From Lama glama (taxonomy: Eukaryota), in contig CM052817.1 of NCBI GenBank assembly GCA_028534125.1, forward strand, positions 38,566,001 through 38,630,000: 64,000 nt of DNA, in the 5' to 3' direction. The position numbers and the translations under genes are program-made. The notes under the pieces are model-generated. The model saw nothing but the letters and a program-made list of their open reading frames with translations. It searched no databases and was not told where the DNA came from. Shown here one piece after another: positions 14,201 to 27,792 of this stretch. Positions within the stretch are counted from its first letter, which is position 1; each line of letters begins with the position of its first letter.

Positions 14201-15373
14201 GGAGATACAGAATGGATCAACAAAATCAAATGTTGAAAAAAGGTCATATGGTGTGAAGATGAAGAAGAAATGACTGGATTTGATAATTAGAAGATAAGAG
14301 AGGACTTGGGGAAAAAATGAAGATGCAGAAATATGAAATGAAGTGCAGAAGTATTGATTTCTTCAAAAGATTGAACAGTTATAGGTATGAGGAAGGTGAG
14401 CTAGGGCAGTGGCTCAAAAGAAAGCAGACAAGATTTGGTACAAGGAAGGTCAGTATTTAAATAAAACATATTTGAGCTCAAGGGAAAGAGCTGTGGAGAT
14501 GAGATGGTAGGAAAGAGAGTTAAAGAAGGATTGAGAAAGCTTAAACCTGGAAAAGGGTTCAAACCCTCTTTCCTATAAAAGGAAAAGAACAAAGTTTAAA
14601 TAAGAATTAAATACAATTTGAAGTTTAAAAAAAACAGAGAACATGAGAGAATTCATACCTAAGAGCACCTATATTCTCTGTGGTTAGGTGAGAAAATATC
14701 CTACTAAGAACTGTATGGGTTGGGTTAAGGAATCCAGAAAGATAAAGGTTTGAGGCGTTGATCACGGGTAGTGAAAGAAGGAGTGAAAGAGCAAGTCATT
14801 AGAGATAACTATAAGACAATTATAATTACATGTCACTAAATTCCAAAGACATATTCAAATGAACCAAAACCCACTGGTGCAAAATCTGATTACTTGTTCC
14901 AAGAATAAAAAGGGAGAGTAGAAGACATAGAACCGTCTGAACATAAAAGCATACGAAGAATCAACCAGGGGACTGGATGAGGAAGTGGAGGTGGAGAAGA
15001 GGTACAAGGATTGGGTCTGGAGGATTCCATCATCTCAGAAGGAGCTCTACGAGAAAAATGCACTTGAGAGTAAGAAGAGATTGAACAAAGATCAAAGAGA
15101 GAGAGAGAGAGCACCCAAAAGGAATGCAAATAACTCTGAGTCTTTCATTTCCAATTAATAAGTCTCCAAAGAAAACTAGCAGTTGACTTAATACATTATG
15201 GCAACCACATTATCACTGAGAGAAAACCACTGGGAGCTTGCCTCTGACAACAGCTGTAAAAGTTAAGTGAATTATATGGCAAGAACTGACGTATAATTGA
15301 TTTATGTCAATTATGCCATTAAATATAGTCCTTTGCAGTTTCTTCTCTATTTTTGTTTTAAAGGTCCTCTTTC

Positions 15374-15852
15374 GGGAGGTTATGATGCCATTTGCAATGA
15401 CAACATGGATAGACCTTGAGCACATTATGCTAAATCAGACAGAGGAAGACAAGTACTGTATGATACCACTTATATGTGGAATTTTAAAAAACAAACTTAT
15501 AAAAACAGAGAATAAAATGGTAGTTACCAGGGGGTGAGGGACAGGGATCCAGGACAAATGTTGTTTAAGGGTACAAACATACAAGTAGTAAATAAGCCCT
15601 AGAGATACAATGTACAATACAGTGAATACAGACAACAATGTTGTATTGTAATCATCAAACTTGCTAAGAGACTAGAATTTCATTATTCCAACCACTTTAA
15701 AAAAAGGATAATTATGTAATATTATAGAGGTGCTAATTATCACTACAATGGCAATCATAATGCAATACATAATCGCATCAAATTAAAATGTTGTAAACCT
15801 TAAATTTATACATCATGTCAAATATATCTCAATAAAATAAATCAATTAATTA
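15374..15852 (+). mobile_element. 5'-truncated LINE-1 3' end with TSD
   Basis: ORF2 end (MPFAMTTWIDLEHIML), 3'UTR and A-rich tail. TSD AAAGGTCCTCTTTC (15360-15373) / AAAAGTCCTCTTTC (15853-15866). Confidence 0.9.
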
Positions 15853-16000
15853 AAAAGTCCTCTTTCATATCTCTGTTTAATCATCACAGTATTGACAGGT
15901 ATTTATTGTACATCATTATCAATGACACGAAAACTTAAAATAATCCACTGCCCTTAGAAATAACATATTCTCTAAAATCATAGATAAATAATCTCCTTTA

Positions 16001-16469
16001 CATTCATCATTATTCACAACAGCCAAGAGGTGAAAACAACCCAGGTGTCCTTTGGTATATGAATGGATGAAGAAAATGTGTATATGTATAATGGAATATT
16101 ATGCAGCCTTTAAAGAAAAAGAAGTCCTGTCACATGCTACAACATGGATAAACCTTAAGGACATTATGCTAAGCAAAATAAGACAGTTACAAAGGGCAAA
16201 TGCTATATGATTCCACTCATATAAAGTATCTAAAGTAGTCAAAATCATAGAAACAGAAAATAGAAAGGTGGTTTTCAAGGGCTGGGACCTTGGGAAAGGA
16301 AAATTAGTGTTTGGTTGGGTACAGAGTTTCAGTTTTCCAAGATGAAAAAGTTCTAGAGATTTTTTGCATAGCAATGTGAATATACTTAAAACTGCTAAAC
16401 TGTACACTTGAAAATGGTTAAAATAGTAAATTTAATATTAAGTGGTTTTTACCAGAATAAAAAAATAAT
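16001..16469 (+). mobile_element. 5'-truncated LINE-1 3' end (L1MB-like) with TSD
   Basis: TTATTCACAACAGCCAAGAGGTGAAAACAACCC...GATGAAAAAGTTCTAGAGAT plus A-rich tail. TSD AATAATCTCCTTTA (15987-16000) / AATAATCCCCTTTA (16470-16483). Confidence 0.9.
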
Positions 16470-16568
16470 AATAATCCCCTTTAAACTGGCATTGGTTCTT
16501 AGAACAAACAAGATTACAGATTTCCTTCTTTTCAACCTTGACAGGTAAGTATTTTACCTGTTGGCCCT

Positions 16569-18712
16569 TATATTAGTCAGATAGGGCTGCGATAACCACA
16601 GACTGGGTGGCTAAAACAACAGGAATTTATGTCTCACAGTTCTGGAGGCTAGGAAGTCACAGATCAAGGTGTTTGTGGATTTGGTAACTAGTGTGAGCTC
16701 TCGTCCTGGTTTACAAACAGCCCCCTTCTCACTGTGTTCTCATGTGTCAAAAGAGAAAGAGTGAGCTCTCTGGTATCTCCTCTTATAAGGACACTAATCC
16801 TATTGGATTAGGGTCCCACCTTCATAATGTCATTAACCTTAATGATTTCTTTATCCAAAACACAATCGCATTAGAGGTTAGGACTTCAACATATGAATGT
16901 GGGAGGAACACAATTCAGTCCATAGCATTCAGCCATGGCCCTCCAAAATGCATGTCCTTATCAGATGCAAAATATATTTGTTTTATTCCAACAACCTTAA
17001 AGGGCTTAACTCATTCCCGCATTAATTCTAAAGTCTAAAATCCAAAATCTCATTAAATATCTAAATCAGGTATGAAAGAGACTTGAGACACTATTCATCC
17101 TGAGGCAAAATTCCTCTCCAGCTATGAACCTGTGAAACCAGACAAGTTATGTGCTTACAAAATACCATGGTGGGGCAGGCATAGGGGAGACATTCCTATT
17201 CTAAAAGAGAAAAATAGGAAAGATAGAAGGGATGACAAGTCCCAGGTAAATCCAAGACCTAGCAAAGCCAATTACATTAACTCTTAAATCTTGAGAATAA
17301 TCCTCTTTGGCTCAATGCCTGCCCTCCAGGCACACTGGGATGACAGCATCACCCCATAGCTCAGTGGGGTGGCTCCACTCCTTTGACTTGAAAGGACAGA
17401 GCTCTCTGCAAGGGCTCCATCAATATAGCTCTGCCAGGACCCTGTCCTCTGAAACTGAGGAAGAAAGGCTCCCCTGGGCCTGTGATACAGTGGCAGCCCT
17501 GATGATGAAGACTAAATAGTCTTCAAAATCATCCCCCCGCCTTTTTGTTTTGAAGAATAGTGTATATTTACACCCAAACAGCTCTATAATCTTGTCTTGT
17601 AGGATTCAAGAAGCTTGACAGCTTCCCTTCATTGTACCCATCTCTGTACCCTGCAGTTCAGACTGGCAGTATTTCTCCTTGCAAATCCTATAGGCTGTTT
17701 ACTGAGTAATAGTCCAGATACACCTTTGGTATTCTTCAGAACATACTTTCTCACTTTTGGCAATACAGGCTGAGACATTTTTCAAATCTTTAAGCTCTGC
17801 TCCCTTTTTGCTAGCACTTCTTTCTTCAATTCATCTTTCTCCTCTCACATTTTGCTACAGATAGACAGAAGGAACCAAGCCCCTCCTTCGATAATTTTCT
17901 TAGAATTCAACTCAGCTAAATATCCATTTTCATCACTTGCAGGTTCCACCTTCTGCAAAACACTGGAGCAGAATTCAGCCAAGTTCCTTGCCAGTTTACA
18001 ACAGAGATTGCCTTTCTTCCAGTTTCCAGTAGCATGTTCCTCATTTCCATGTGAAATTTCACCAGAATAGTCTTTACCATGCATATTTCTACCAATATTC
18101 TGTTTATGATTATTTACGTATTCTCTAAGAAGAATGAGACTTTCTCTCCAGTTCTCTTTTCTTTCTACACCCTCACCAGAATACCTTTCACATCCATATT
18201 CCTACCAGCAGTCCCTTCACAGCAATCCAGGCCTTTTCTAGCATGCACCTCAAAACTTCTCCAACCTCTACCCATCACCCAGTTCCAAAGCTGCTTCCAT
18301 ATTTCCGAGATTTGTTACAGGAGCACTTCTATTTCTCCGCATCAAAATCTGCATTAGCCAGCAAGGGCTACTATAACAAATACAACAGACTGAATAGATT
18401 AAAGAACAGAAGTTTATTTCTCACAGTGCTAGAGACTAGGAAGTCCAAGATCAAGGTGCTAGCAGATTAATTTCTGGTGAGATTACTCTTTCTAGTTTGC
18501 AAATAGCTATTTTCTCACTGTGTCCCCACACGGCAGAAAAAAGAAGGCAAGCTCTCTGGTGTCTCCTCTTATACAGACACTAATTATATTGAATCCAGTT
18601 CCCACACCTATGACCTCACTTAACTTCAATTGCTTCCTTATTTCAAATAGTCACATTGGACATTAGGGCTTCAACATATGGATTTTAGAAGGACACAAGT
18701 CAGTCTATAGCA
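16569..18712 (-). mobile_element. Complete MaLR provirus (MLT1A-like): LTR 16569-16927, internal 16928-18349, LTR 18350-18712
   Basis: Two similar ~360-bp direct repeats (CTCACAGTTCTGGAGGCTAGGAAGTC / CTCACAGTGCTAGAGACTAGGAAGTC; both end AGTCyATAGCA). The minus-strand internal start GATTTTGATGCGGAGAA is MaLR-like. Flanks GCCCT / GCCCC. Confidence 0.9.
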
Positions 18713-19409
18713 GCCCCACTGACTGATGTATAAAATGTTCTTATAGATGTGTACACATAAAGTGCTTTGGACATATGGCTGTGGAAGGAATGTAATTCGT
18801 GGAGCTGAGGTTTTTAAGTTTACTGATACAAACACTGACAATTTATCATGCTATCACAGATGAACTAATTCATGACAGTAATATTAATATAACAAAAAGT
18901 TGAAAAGACACCTTTTGACTCTTTAGAAAAAGAAGTTCAGATCAGCTGCAACAGGAGACAAGAAAAGCATAGATAAGTAACATAGTAAATAAGCCCCCAA
19001 AATTATTTAATTCAATAATTTTGTACCGTCCCCTCTATGGACTTCTATCTCTCTTTAATGAAAAAGGCTAATTTTCCACTAAAACTATTTTTAAAAGTTA
19101 TAAGAAATCTTACTTCAGTCATATTTTGAGCATTCTCTGGTTCACCCACTAAATTTTCAATAAACAAAATGGACAGTATATGAAAGAAAAGAAATTCACT
19201 AAACTTTACTATAAAGTCCTTGAGAAAAAGGATATGACATTTCATTTAAAAAGTGGCTAGGCCAGCTTACCTCAAAACAAGTGCATTTCCTTAAGAAAAC
19301 TCTCATTTTTGAGTATGCAGCAAAGTACTCTGTGCATACTTTCCATTTTGTCACAAAGAATACTAAACAGATCATACTAAAAGACAATAAAAATTAATCA
19401 TTTTTGCAG

Positions 19410-19698
19410 CTTCATCATGGACATTCTTAAGCAAAACTGGCACTGCAAATGTGTGGGGACAAAAAAATCTAATGACTATGAGCACCATTTGGTGTCACTG
19501 CCTTGATTCATGCAAAGATGCCACCCACCACTGTCTTACCCATCACTGCTTTGTATCATGAGCACAAATGTCAACATAATGGAAGAGGTAGTTAATATTT
19601 GAGTATTATTATGAACACAGTTTTGACTTCACAGATTCCCTAAAGAAATCTGGGGGGTATCCAGGGGTCTGTGGACCATACTTTGAGGACCTCCACTT
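19410..19698. mobile_element. hAT-Charlie-like DNA transposon end
   Basis: AGTATTATTATGAACACAGTTTTGACTTCACAGA...GGGGTCTGTGGACCATACTTTGAG is a terminus typical of Charlie-group MERs. Confidence 0.6.
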
Positions 19699-21509
19699 TA
19701 GTCTTCCTATATCTTGCAATTAGGTTTTCCTAAATGATTGCTTTCTTTTTGGTTGATGTTCTCCATCACCTACATCACAGAACTCCAACTGCTGAGCGAG
19801 GTTTTAAAGGAGATACCATTCTCTGATATCAATCTATTTTTCCAATGTTGTCTCCCAGAATCCCTCTATAGTAACCAAACTCAATTCTGTAAAGTGGGTC
19901 TGATCTATTCCTTAGATTTCCACTTGGCCCTCACTTTAATATGGTACTATTTGCTTGTATGAAATGTTGCTCCCCTTCCTCAATGGCCATAAAATCACAA
20001 TCAGCTGGAGCCCACCTTCCTCAATGAGGCCCTCCCTAATTTCTCCTACCCACAGTAATTTGTCCACCCCGTACATTCGGGATTTATTGTCTAAATCATT
20101 CCTTCAGCACTTCTTACACTGCCTTTGTTAAAGATAATCTTTATAGGTTTTTCCCCCACGAATTAGCCACTTTTACAGGTTGATAACCTTGTCTTCCCAG
20201 TTCCCCAAGGGCTGAGACCATGTGTTACAAATCTTTGTACACAGTGTAATGAGGGATGCATAGACTGAAAAATAATTTTTGAATGAAAGTTGTGGTTGCC
20301 CCAGCTCGTCTGCTAAAAACCAGCTCCTGACAGTCTTTAAGGAAAATTTTCCTATCTAGTCATTGATGAATATCTTTTATGGAATGTCTATGTGAGAAAA
20401 AATGGGCCATAAATTTCTGCCACAATTATTTGTGCTCCTCCCTAGGACTACACTATCTGAGACAAACATTTCTTAAGAACTATAAGCTTGACAAAGAACA
20501 TGCACATGTTAATAAAATATCTGATGGCCATTCTTGTTGATGATAATTCCTGCTGTCCCAGTGCGATGAAAAAAAAAAAAAAAGACTAATTAGTGCTGGT
20601 TCTGGTTTGTATGCTCTTGATGAGAGATATTTCTAGTAACCAGATGTTGAAAACCATGCTGCTTCTGGGCATATTCTGACAGCTTCAACTTGCTGCAGGT
20701 TTATCATAGAAGAAGCAAACAAAAGGATGCTCCTGCCATTGTACATGCTGCGAATGTTTTGTTTCTCCTTCTCTAGGCAGCAAGATCGCATCGTATATTC
20801 AGCAAATTCTATCAAGGGGCCTTGAATTTCACAATACATTGAGGTTCTCATCAAGGCTATCACACTGCACAATGGAAGCATACTTTTTTAGTGATCAAAA
20901 AATGTTTTAATAAGCCTAAACTTTTAAGTGAGCAATTGAGAGAGAGAGGAACATTCTTAAGCCTGATTTTAGTTTCACAGAAGTTAGCCTTAGAGAATCA
21001 ACATGCCAGTAGTTTGTCATCTCCAACTCAGGTTTATCCTGAAGAATCAAGTGAGTGAGCAAGATAAAGTGTGTAGAAAGTAGAAAGGATACAGGGGAAG
21101 AGAGGGGAATGGTACTGAGACAAATTTGGAGAGGAAGGCTTTATATTCGTCTGAAAATAATTTCATTTTCTTGTTAGTATATGTACACATACCCCTATCC
21201 TCCTTTGTAGAGGTACTGTGAAATAGACAGGGGGAGGGGTATCAGCAACACTTTATCTGTGCTTTCAGTTTCATGTTTAAGAAGTAACATACACAAAACT
21301 TGAGTCTGGCCTGTTGCTTAAGGTCAGGACCAAGTCTTGAGAATGGATTTTCCAACTTAAAAAAAAAAATCCCATTTAAATATATGCATTTACCTGTTTT
21401 TTAAAAGTCATACTTAAAAAGAATTTATATCATATAAATCTTAAGGAAATTATAATAATTTGCAAATAAGCCTTAAAAGAACTCAGAAATTATTTACTCA
21501 AAACCATGT

Positions 21510-21700
21510 GATTTCATGGCAGGAAAAACAGAGGTTCAAAGAGGCTGTAATTTTTCCAGAGTCATAAGGTGATTATTACAGCTATATAATCAGCATGACC
21601 ACATGCTAATTCCAAATGCAACTTTCATGTCATTAAAATAAACAGAGCTAGGACTAACTCCCGGGCTCCTGATTCTTGGTCCAGGACTCTCTTCTTCAGT
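21510..21700 (-). mobile_element. MIR fragment interrupted by a short insert
   Basis: GGAAAAACAGAGGTTCAAAGAGG...CCAGAGTCATA [insert] CAGAGCTAGGACT...CCTGATTCTTGGTCCAGG. Confidence 0.6.
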
Positions 21701-22416
21701 GTACTGCCTGTTTCATATCACATTTGCATAATCAAGTATTCCCAGGCATGATGATTATTACAAATGCTAATATTTATTAACCATTCTCAGTATTTCCTAA
21801 ATGAATACAAATTTCAAAAATATAATTACTGCCAAATGAGGAAACAAGCTTTTCTCTTTAGCATAGTGATACTTAAATTAGACTAAATTGGAAGAAATAC
21901 TTGTCTGTATTAATAAAAGTCTGAATTATGAAGTGTTTTGCTTATAACATATCTCATTTCACAGAGTATTTGGGGCTGTTTATAGAAGTGCAATTGCTAG
22001 ATATGAATAGACATTTGTCATCAGAACCACAGAGAAATATAAGTTGGAAGAGACAATTAGCGACTTTGGTGGTATGAAGGGAGGGTGGTGTGAGGAAATC
22101 AGAATATCTGTGATGACCTAATTTGTGACTATTTTTCAGTTATCAATTTGATACAAAGCTACCTGAATGTCAAATGGAAAGGGAAGCACAGTCAACTACA
22201 CATTTGGTATTATCAACCATGATAAAATACTCTAATTCCCCAGAGAAAGTAAGCATTTCCTACATCTCATGCTAAAACTAATTTCTCACATGAGACATAT
22301 ATCTCATCTACACCAATGAACAGCTAAGGCTGTCAATAAGTTTATAATTTTAGTAGGAATTAATAATAATTAGATTAAACTTATAACATTAGTGAAGGAC
22401 ACATACATTCAATCTA

Positions 22417-22603
22417 CAAGTGTTTCTCAAACTATGATCATGGCACCACCATCATCACAACCACCTGTTGCTTGTTAAAAATGAAGATGCCTAAGCCCCT
22501 CTCTAAATCTAAAGAACTGAATTTCTCCACATAGGGTCAGGAATCTGCATTTGACAAGTTCCAAAATTGTTTCCGTATGTCTTCTAAAGTTGAAGAACCA
22601 CTG
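22417..22603. mobile_element. MER5-like hAT non-autonomous DNA transposon
   Basis: Inverted termini AGTGTTTCTCAAACT ... AGTTGAAGAACCACTG; internal CTTGTTAAAAATG and GGAATCTGCATTT. Confidence 0.8.
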
Positions 22604-25099
22604 ACATAGACCATCCAGAGCTCTGATGAGCACCTTTCATTCCATAGGGTCCACGGAGCCTCTCCAGCATGACCACATGGTTGTGATCTAATTCTGAATG
22701 CAACTTGCATGTCATTAAAAATGCAGGGCTCTGAAATCAACCACTGGTCAGAGTTTTCCCTTGGGAAAACAGCTGATCATTATGGTAGTTCAAACAATCC
22801 TTCCGTAAATTGGGGTTTTGGCAAATGTTTGACAGTAGACCATTCAGCTATAGAACATTAGCTCATAAAAGCAGCAACTTTAATTGGCTTACTGCTACAT
22901 CGTCCATGCGTAGGACAGGGTTGGGCCTGGAGAAGACACTCAATTAATGCTCATTCACTATTTGTCAAAGATCGGGAAAAGTATTCAACATTATCGAATG
23001 TACATTTTAGCAATCAATTTCCTTTTAGAAAATTTTTATTTTCCTTTTAGGAAATTCTGTCACCATCATATGGAGACAGAATAGAATCCCTTAAAGTGAG
23101 AGTTGTCTTCATTTCAGAACATAAAGTTTAAAAATTGGGGTCAAATTCAAGATTTAATCAGCATCTAATAATAATTCATACTGATTTGTAATTACCATTT
23201 GAAGTCATTAGCATAACAAGATTTTTCTTGTTTTATTACTATAATATAAACATTAAAATTGATTCTAAAATTATGTGTTGCCTTAGGTAAATATTCTTAT
23301 TATGATCTTGTTTTATTCTAACATTTATCGCTACCACAGAGGTCAAATTACAAGAGACCTCAGAGGTGAATAATAAAACAAATAAATTGCATATAAATTA
23401 TTGAGATATTTCCTCACAGTTTCTCTTTTATGTTACAACAAAATATGCTAATTTAGATGGCTAGGGTTTGCTACTAAACTCACTTCACAAAAACAATGAT
23501 GACTGTTGATATTACTTCTACTAATGTTATTATCATTTTGTCGAAAAACATTTTGTTTTCCTGTGGAGATACTATTAAAACCTCTCAGTTAAAGCAATGA
23601 AATTAAAGCAATACATAAACTATGATACTATTTTACTGCATTATAAAAATTTCAAGCAAATTCTAAAACTTACTGTGGCCACGGAATAATGGCAACTTGT
23701 TTTTTTACAACATCTAAACATAACAACTAAAATACCCTGCATATCACATAAGAAAGCTAAAAAAAAGGAATTGTTTGCATGCACCATTCATATGGTTGTC
23801 AAGTGTAAATCTGGGTAATTACTACCTCAATAAACTGATCACTGGATATAACTACAGTTCACATCCTAAAATGCCCTGGTTATAGCCTCACTTGCAGCAA
23901 CACAAGCAGTTTCACGAGGTGAACAGACATATGTACGGCAGCAATCAAGGACATAAAACCACAACCAGAAAGGAAACTCAGCTACTCATGAAACCAAGTG
24001 AAACAGAGCAACTAGTAAGGATCCACGTAAATGTGTAACATCAGCAAAGCTCCATCGCGGTAACTGTGGACTTTATCAATCCTCATTATTATGATGAGAT
24101 TACATATCAGAAATTAACTCTTTTGTATGATGAGAAACAATTAACATAATTCCCTAAGAATTTAGGACTATTTTGAAAATAGCTGTTATGAGATGTGCCA
24201 ACTACTATAGAACTGACCAATGATCTTGGCCAACATACTAAGAGACTAGGGATTTAAAAAAATAATATGAAAAGCATTGTCCTAGTTCTACCACTTAGCA
24301 TAAGTAGATCAAATGAAAAAGAATTAATTTCTAAACTAAGTTTGGAACTGAGTATTTATCATCTTTAAGAAAGTAGTCAAAACTTTCAGACAATTGCATT
24401 TTCATTCAGAGATTTCTATCTCAAGAGATTATTGAAATATGTTAAGTTATTAAGAATTTTAAAAACTTAACCCACTTCAACCTAGTTAAAGACTTCGTGG
24501 AGTATTGTTATTATTCCTTTACATGGATTTCTTCAAATCATTTTTACATATGTTATTTAATGTATCCTTCAAAAATTTCCATAGGTACTAGCTTGGAAAT
24601 ACATTATTTTCACTTAAAAAAAAAAAAAAGGCTAAGAGGAAGTTTTACAAAAACTTTGTGTAAGTTTAAATCCAGTCAGCATCCAAATGATAGATCTAAC
24701 TCAGCCTAAAGATCCAAGTACTCTAATTTCCAGATTTTGCACTCATGTTTCTCTAATCAAAGAAATTTGGGAGGTTATTAACAATTTATGGATAATCCAG
24801 GCCATAAATCATATTTGCAAAACAGACAAACAAAAAGATACAGTTAGGGCATTCGTTCACTTACAAAAAGAGTTCCTGGAGGATCCCTATAAATAGCATT
24901 TTAAGAAGGAAAGGAAAGTACTCAAGTTAACTATGAACCAGGTGGGTTCTTGGGCACTTTTCATGTTTTTCCTAAATTTATTTTCCCATTAGTCCTGAGA
25001 GGTAGGTATTATTACACCATTCTATATAAAGTAGCTCAGAAAACCTCAGTAATGGTGAAGTTCAGTGCCTCCTCCATTGGCCTGCTGCTTAACTTAACT

Positions 25100-25650
25100 C
25101 CCACAGTGCCTCTGAGGGCAGCGGTAGAGGGTCCCAGTCTACCTTTCCAGCCTTGTCTCTTGCTGCTCCACCATCACTAACCCTTGTCACACCCACACAC
25201 AGTCTGAGTTACTTCCCACAAGGACACACCAGGTCAACAGATCAGACCCTCAGAGCCATTCAGACATCGCAGGTCCACACATACACACATACAGGACATC
25301 TCACAGCTCTGGGCTTCTGACCTCCTTATTCCTTCTGCTCAGGGTACTATTTGTTTCTTCATTACCCCAAAACCTCCTACTCCTCCCCTCAAAACCCAAC
25401 TTAAATATCACCTGCTAAGTAAATCTTTAAGCCTTTTTGGTTCTTATAAACAGTGACCTGCACAATTTGTTCATAAACATACAAGAACATTAACCACTTT
25501 TATTGTGATTTGTTTACTTCCTACCTAACACGTCACTAGACATCGAGCTCTCCGAAAGTAGGGATCTCTCTGATTCATTCTGATATCTCTAGTGCTTAGC
25601 ACAGTTCCTGGGACAAGATAGATTTTCAATACGTATTTGGTGAATGAAGC
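25100..25650 (+). mobile_element. L2 LINE 3' end
   Basis: Ends CTAGTGCTTAGCACAGTTCCTGGGACA...ATTTGGTGAATGAA, the L2 3' terminus. Confidence 0.7.
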
Positions 25651-27792
25651 GTCACTCAATAGTCGGTAAAGTAGAAAGTCCATAACCACCGGCTTGTTTG
25701 AATGCAAATATGCTTCCAAATTATTTCTGGGTAGAGAATAAGAGAATAGTTTAAAAAAGTATATTCTCATTATTTTTTGAAACATTCCTTCTACAATCTT
25801 GTTTTCTTAACTTATTTACTCTATTGATTTAAGATCGGGCTAGAAAAATTTCATCCAGCCTAAACTATGGCAAATTGCTAATTAATATCATCCAAATTAA
25901 TGAGGTATGAGTGTTTCTAAGGGGAAAGAGATACTAAAAACTGGTATACCCTAAAATACATGAGTAGGTATTTTCTTTTAATAATCAGATTTAACTAACC
26001 TGTATTCAATATTTTTTATCCTATTACCATGGAAATACATTTGAATAGTCTTGCACAAGCAGAAATCCTACTCCATGAAAAAAGTTTCTACAAACTGTTT
26101 AAAAAGTAGATGCTCTTAAAATTCCAAACATCACTGTATATCTTTTACAAAGTTTTAACAAAGCATACCAAGTAAAACTTCTATCAAAAGAAAGAAAGAA
26201 ATGTCCTCTTGTTATTTACTCATCTCTGCTAGCCTTAGGGAACTATGCATTTTCATGGAAATTACATTTTCAAAAACTACAAAGCAATGACAAGATAACA
26301 AGATAAAAAAGCTTTTCTCTTTTACTAAAATCAAAAGGCAGTTCATTTCCTAAACTTCAATGATTTTGTCTAGTTGAGACTGTGGCTCTAATAATTTCAC
26401 CAGTAACAACATTAATAATATGTTACAAGAGGTGATACTCTTTATGGAGACTTGTTTCATTATAGGGTTCCCCCACCCCAAGAGCAGCAAATGATCCCCT
26501 GACCACCTGAAAACAATGATCATTTATGAACCAGGCAGCAAGCACCACGGAGGGCTCGAGTAGAACTGGCAACTTTCAGTTGGCCCTCATAACCACTTTT
26601 ATGACTATGGATGTCCAAATAAGAAAAGAACAACCACCGAAACCACGAAGCCCACACAAAAAGGTGCACACTAGTTCAAGACATACTTACTGATTTCTGA
26701 GTGTGTGTGGCTCAAGGCTGTAGCCACCAGCCCTGGCAGAAGGGCTTCTTTGAGGGCAGAGTGAAGGGTCAACATTTTGGGCATTAGCTAGCAAAACCCA
26801 AAAGAGGGAAGAAAGGGAAAAAGCAGCCCCCTGGGGCTGACTATAGTAGAAATAGCATCCAGTCTGCAGCTTATGAAACTGGTTCCTGTAAACCCACCTG
26901 CTGATTCCCTTTCCTTCTCCTTTCACAGGATGTAAAAGCAGCCAATCAGAAGCGGTTGAAGGTGCCACCCACCCCACCACTGATCCCTTGTAGGTTGGCA
27001 AGAGAAAGTGAAAAAGAGCTGAGTGCCACCTCCCTCTCCTGCCTCTGCAGACAGGGTTAATGTTGATCATCATTTGACCACAGGCAGTCCACCCTCAGTA
27101 ATTGCTGCCTCCTCCTTCCGTGTCACATTTGCATTGCAACTGCCTTCATCCTAGCACTGAAATGGCTCAAAGCTTTGTTTCGCCCGACCTTGTATAGATA
27201 ACATGCACTTCATAATCAGTCACTACTTACCATCTGTGCCATCCTTGAAGGGTGCCTGGGTAATACCCTTTTCTCCCAAAAGATGTTCTGAAAATAATCA
27301 GGCTATTGTTTTCTTTTATAAGCATAAGCGTTTATAATAGACACATGTAGAATATGTGCATATGCATATTTGTGTATGCAATCTGATTATATGTGCCTTC
27401 CCTTGCAAGCTGTTTGGTTGGTGATCATTCAGCTTTAAATGTTTTTATAAACAGCATATTTTCACTTTGACTAAAGATGAGAATTTCAGTTCCATCCGTA
27501 AAGGGAGTTCTTAAATTGCAGCATATTTATGTGGTAAGGCTCAGTAGCTGGGAAAGTTGAAGTGTGGGCTTTACTAACAAATGTGATTTGCCAAGGACTT
27601 TCATAATATTTGAGACACTAAATTAGGCACTTCCTGCATCCAGAAAAATGACAGTCTTATCCCTTATTGGGTTTATATTCTAACAGATATCACCATCTGC
27701 TATTTTTTCTTACTTCGAACATGGTATCAAAGAGACACAACAAATTTAAATGAATTTTAAGATTTTATAGTTAACTTATTCCATTCAGGGAA

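Noticed and set aside
20755..20885. Acceptor-like TTTCTCCTTCTCTAG|G (similar sites near 13035 and 34841)
   Set aside because: No paired donor or recognisable peptide; such motifs occur by chance in AT-rich DNA.
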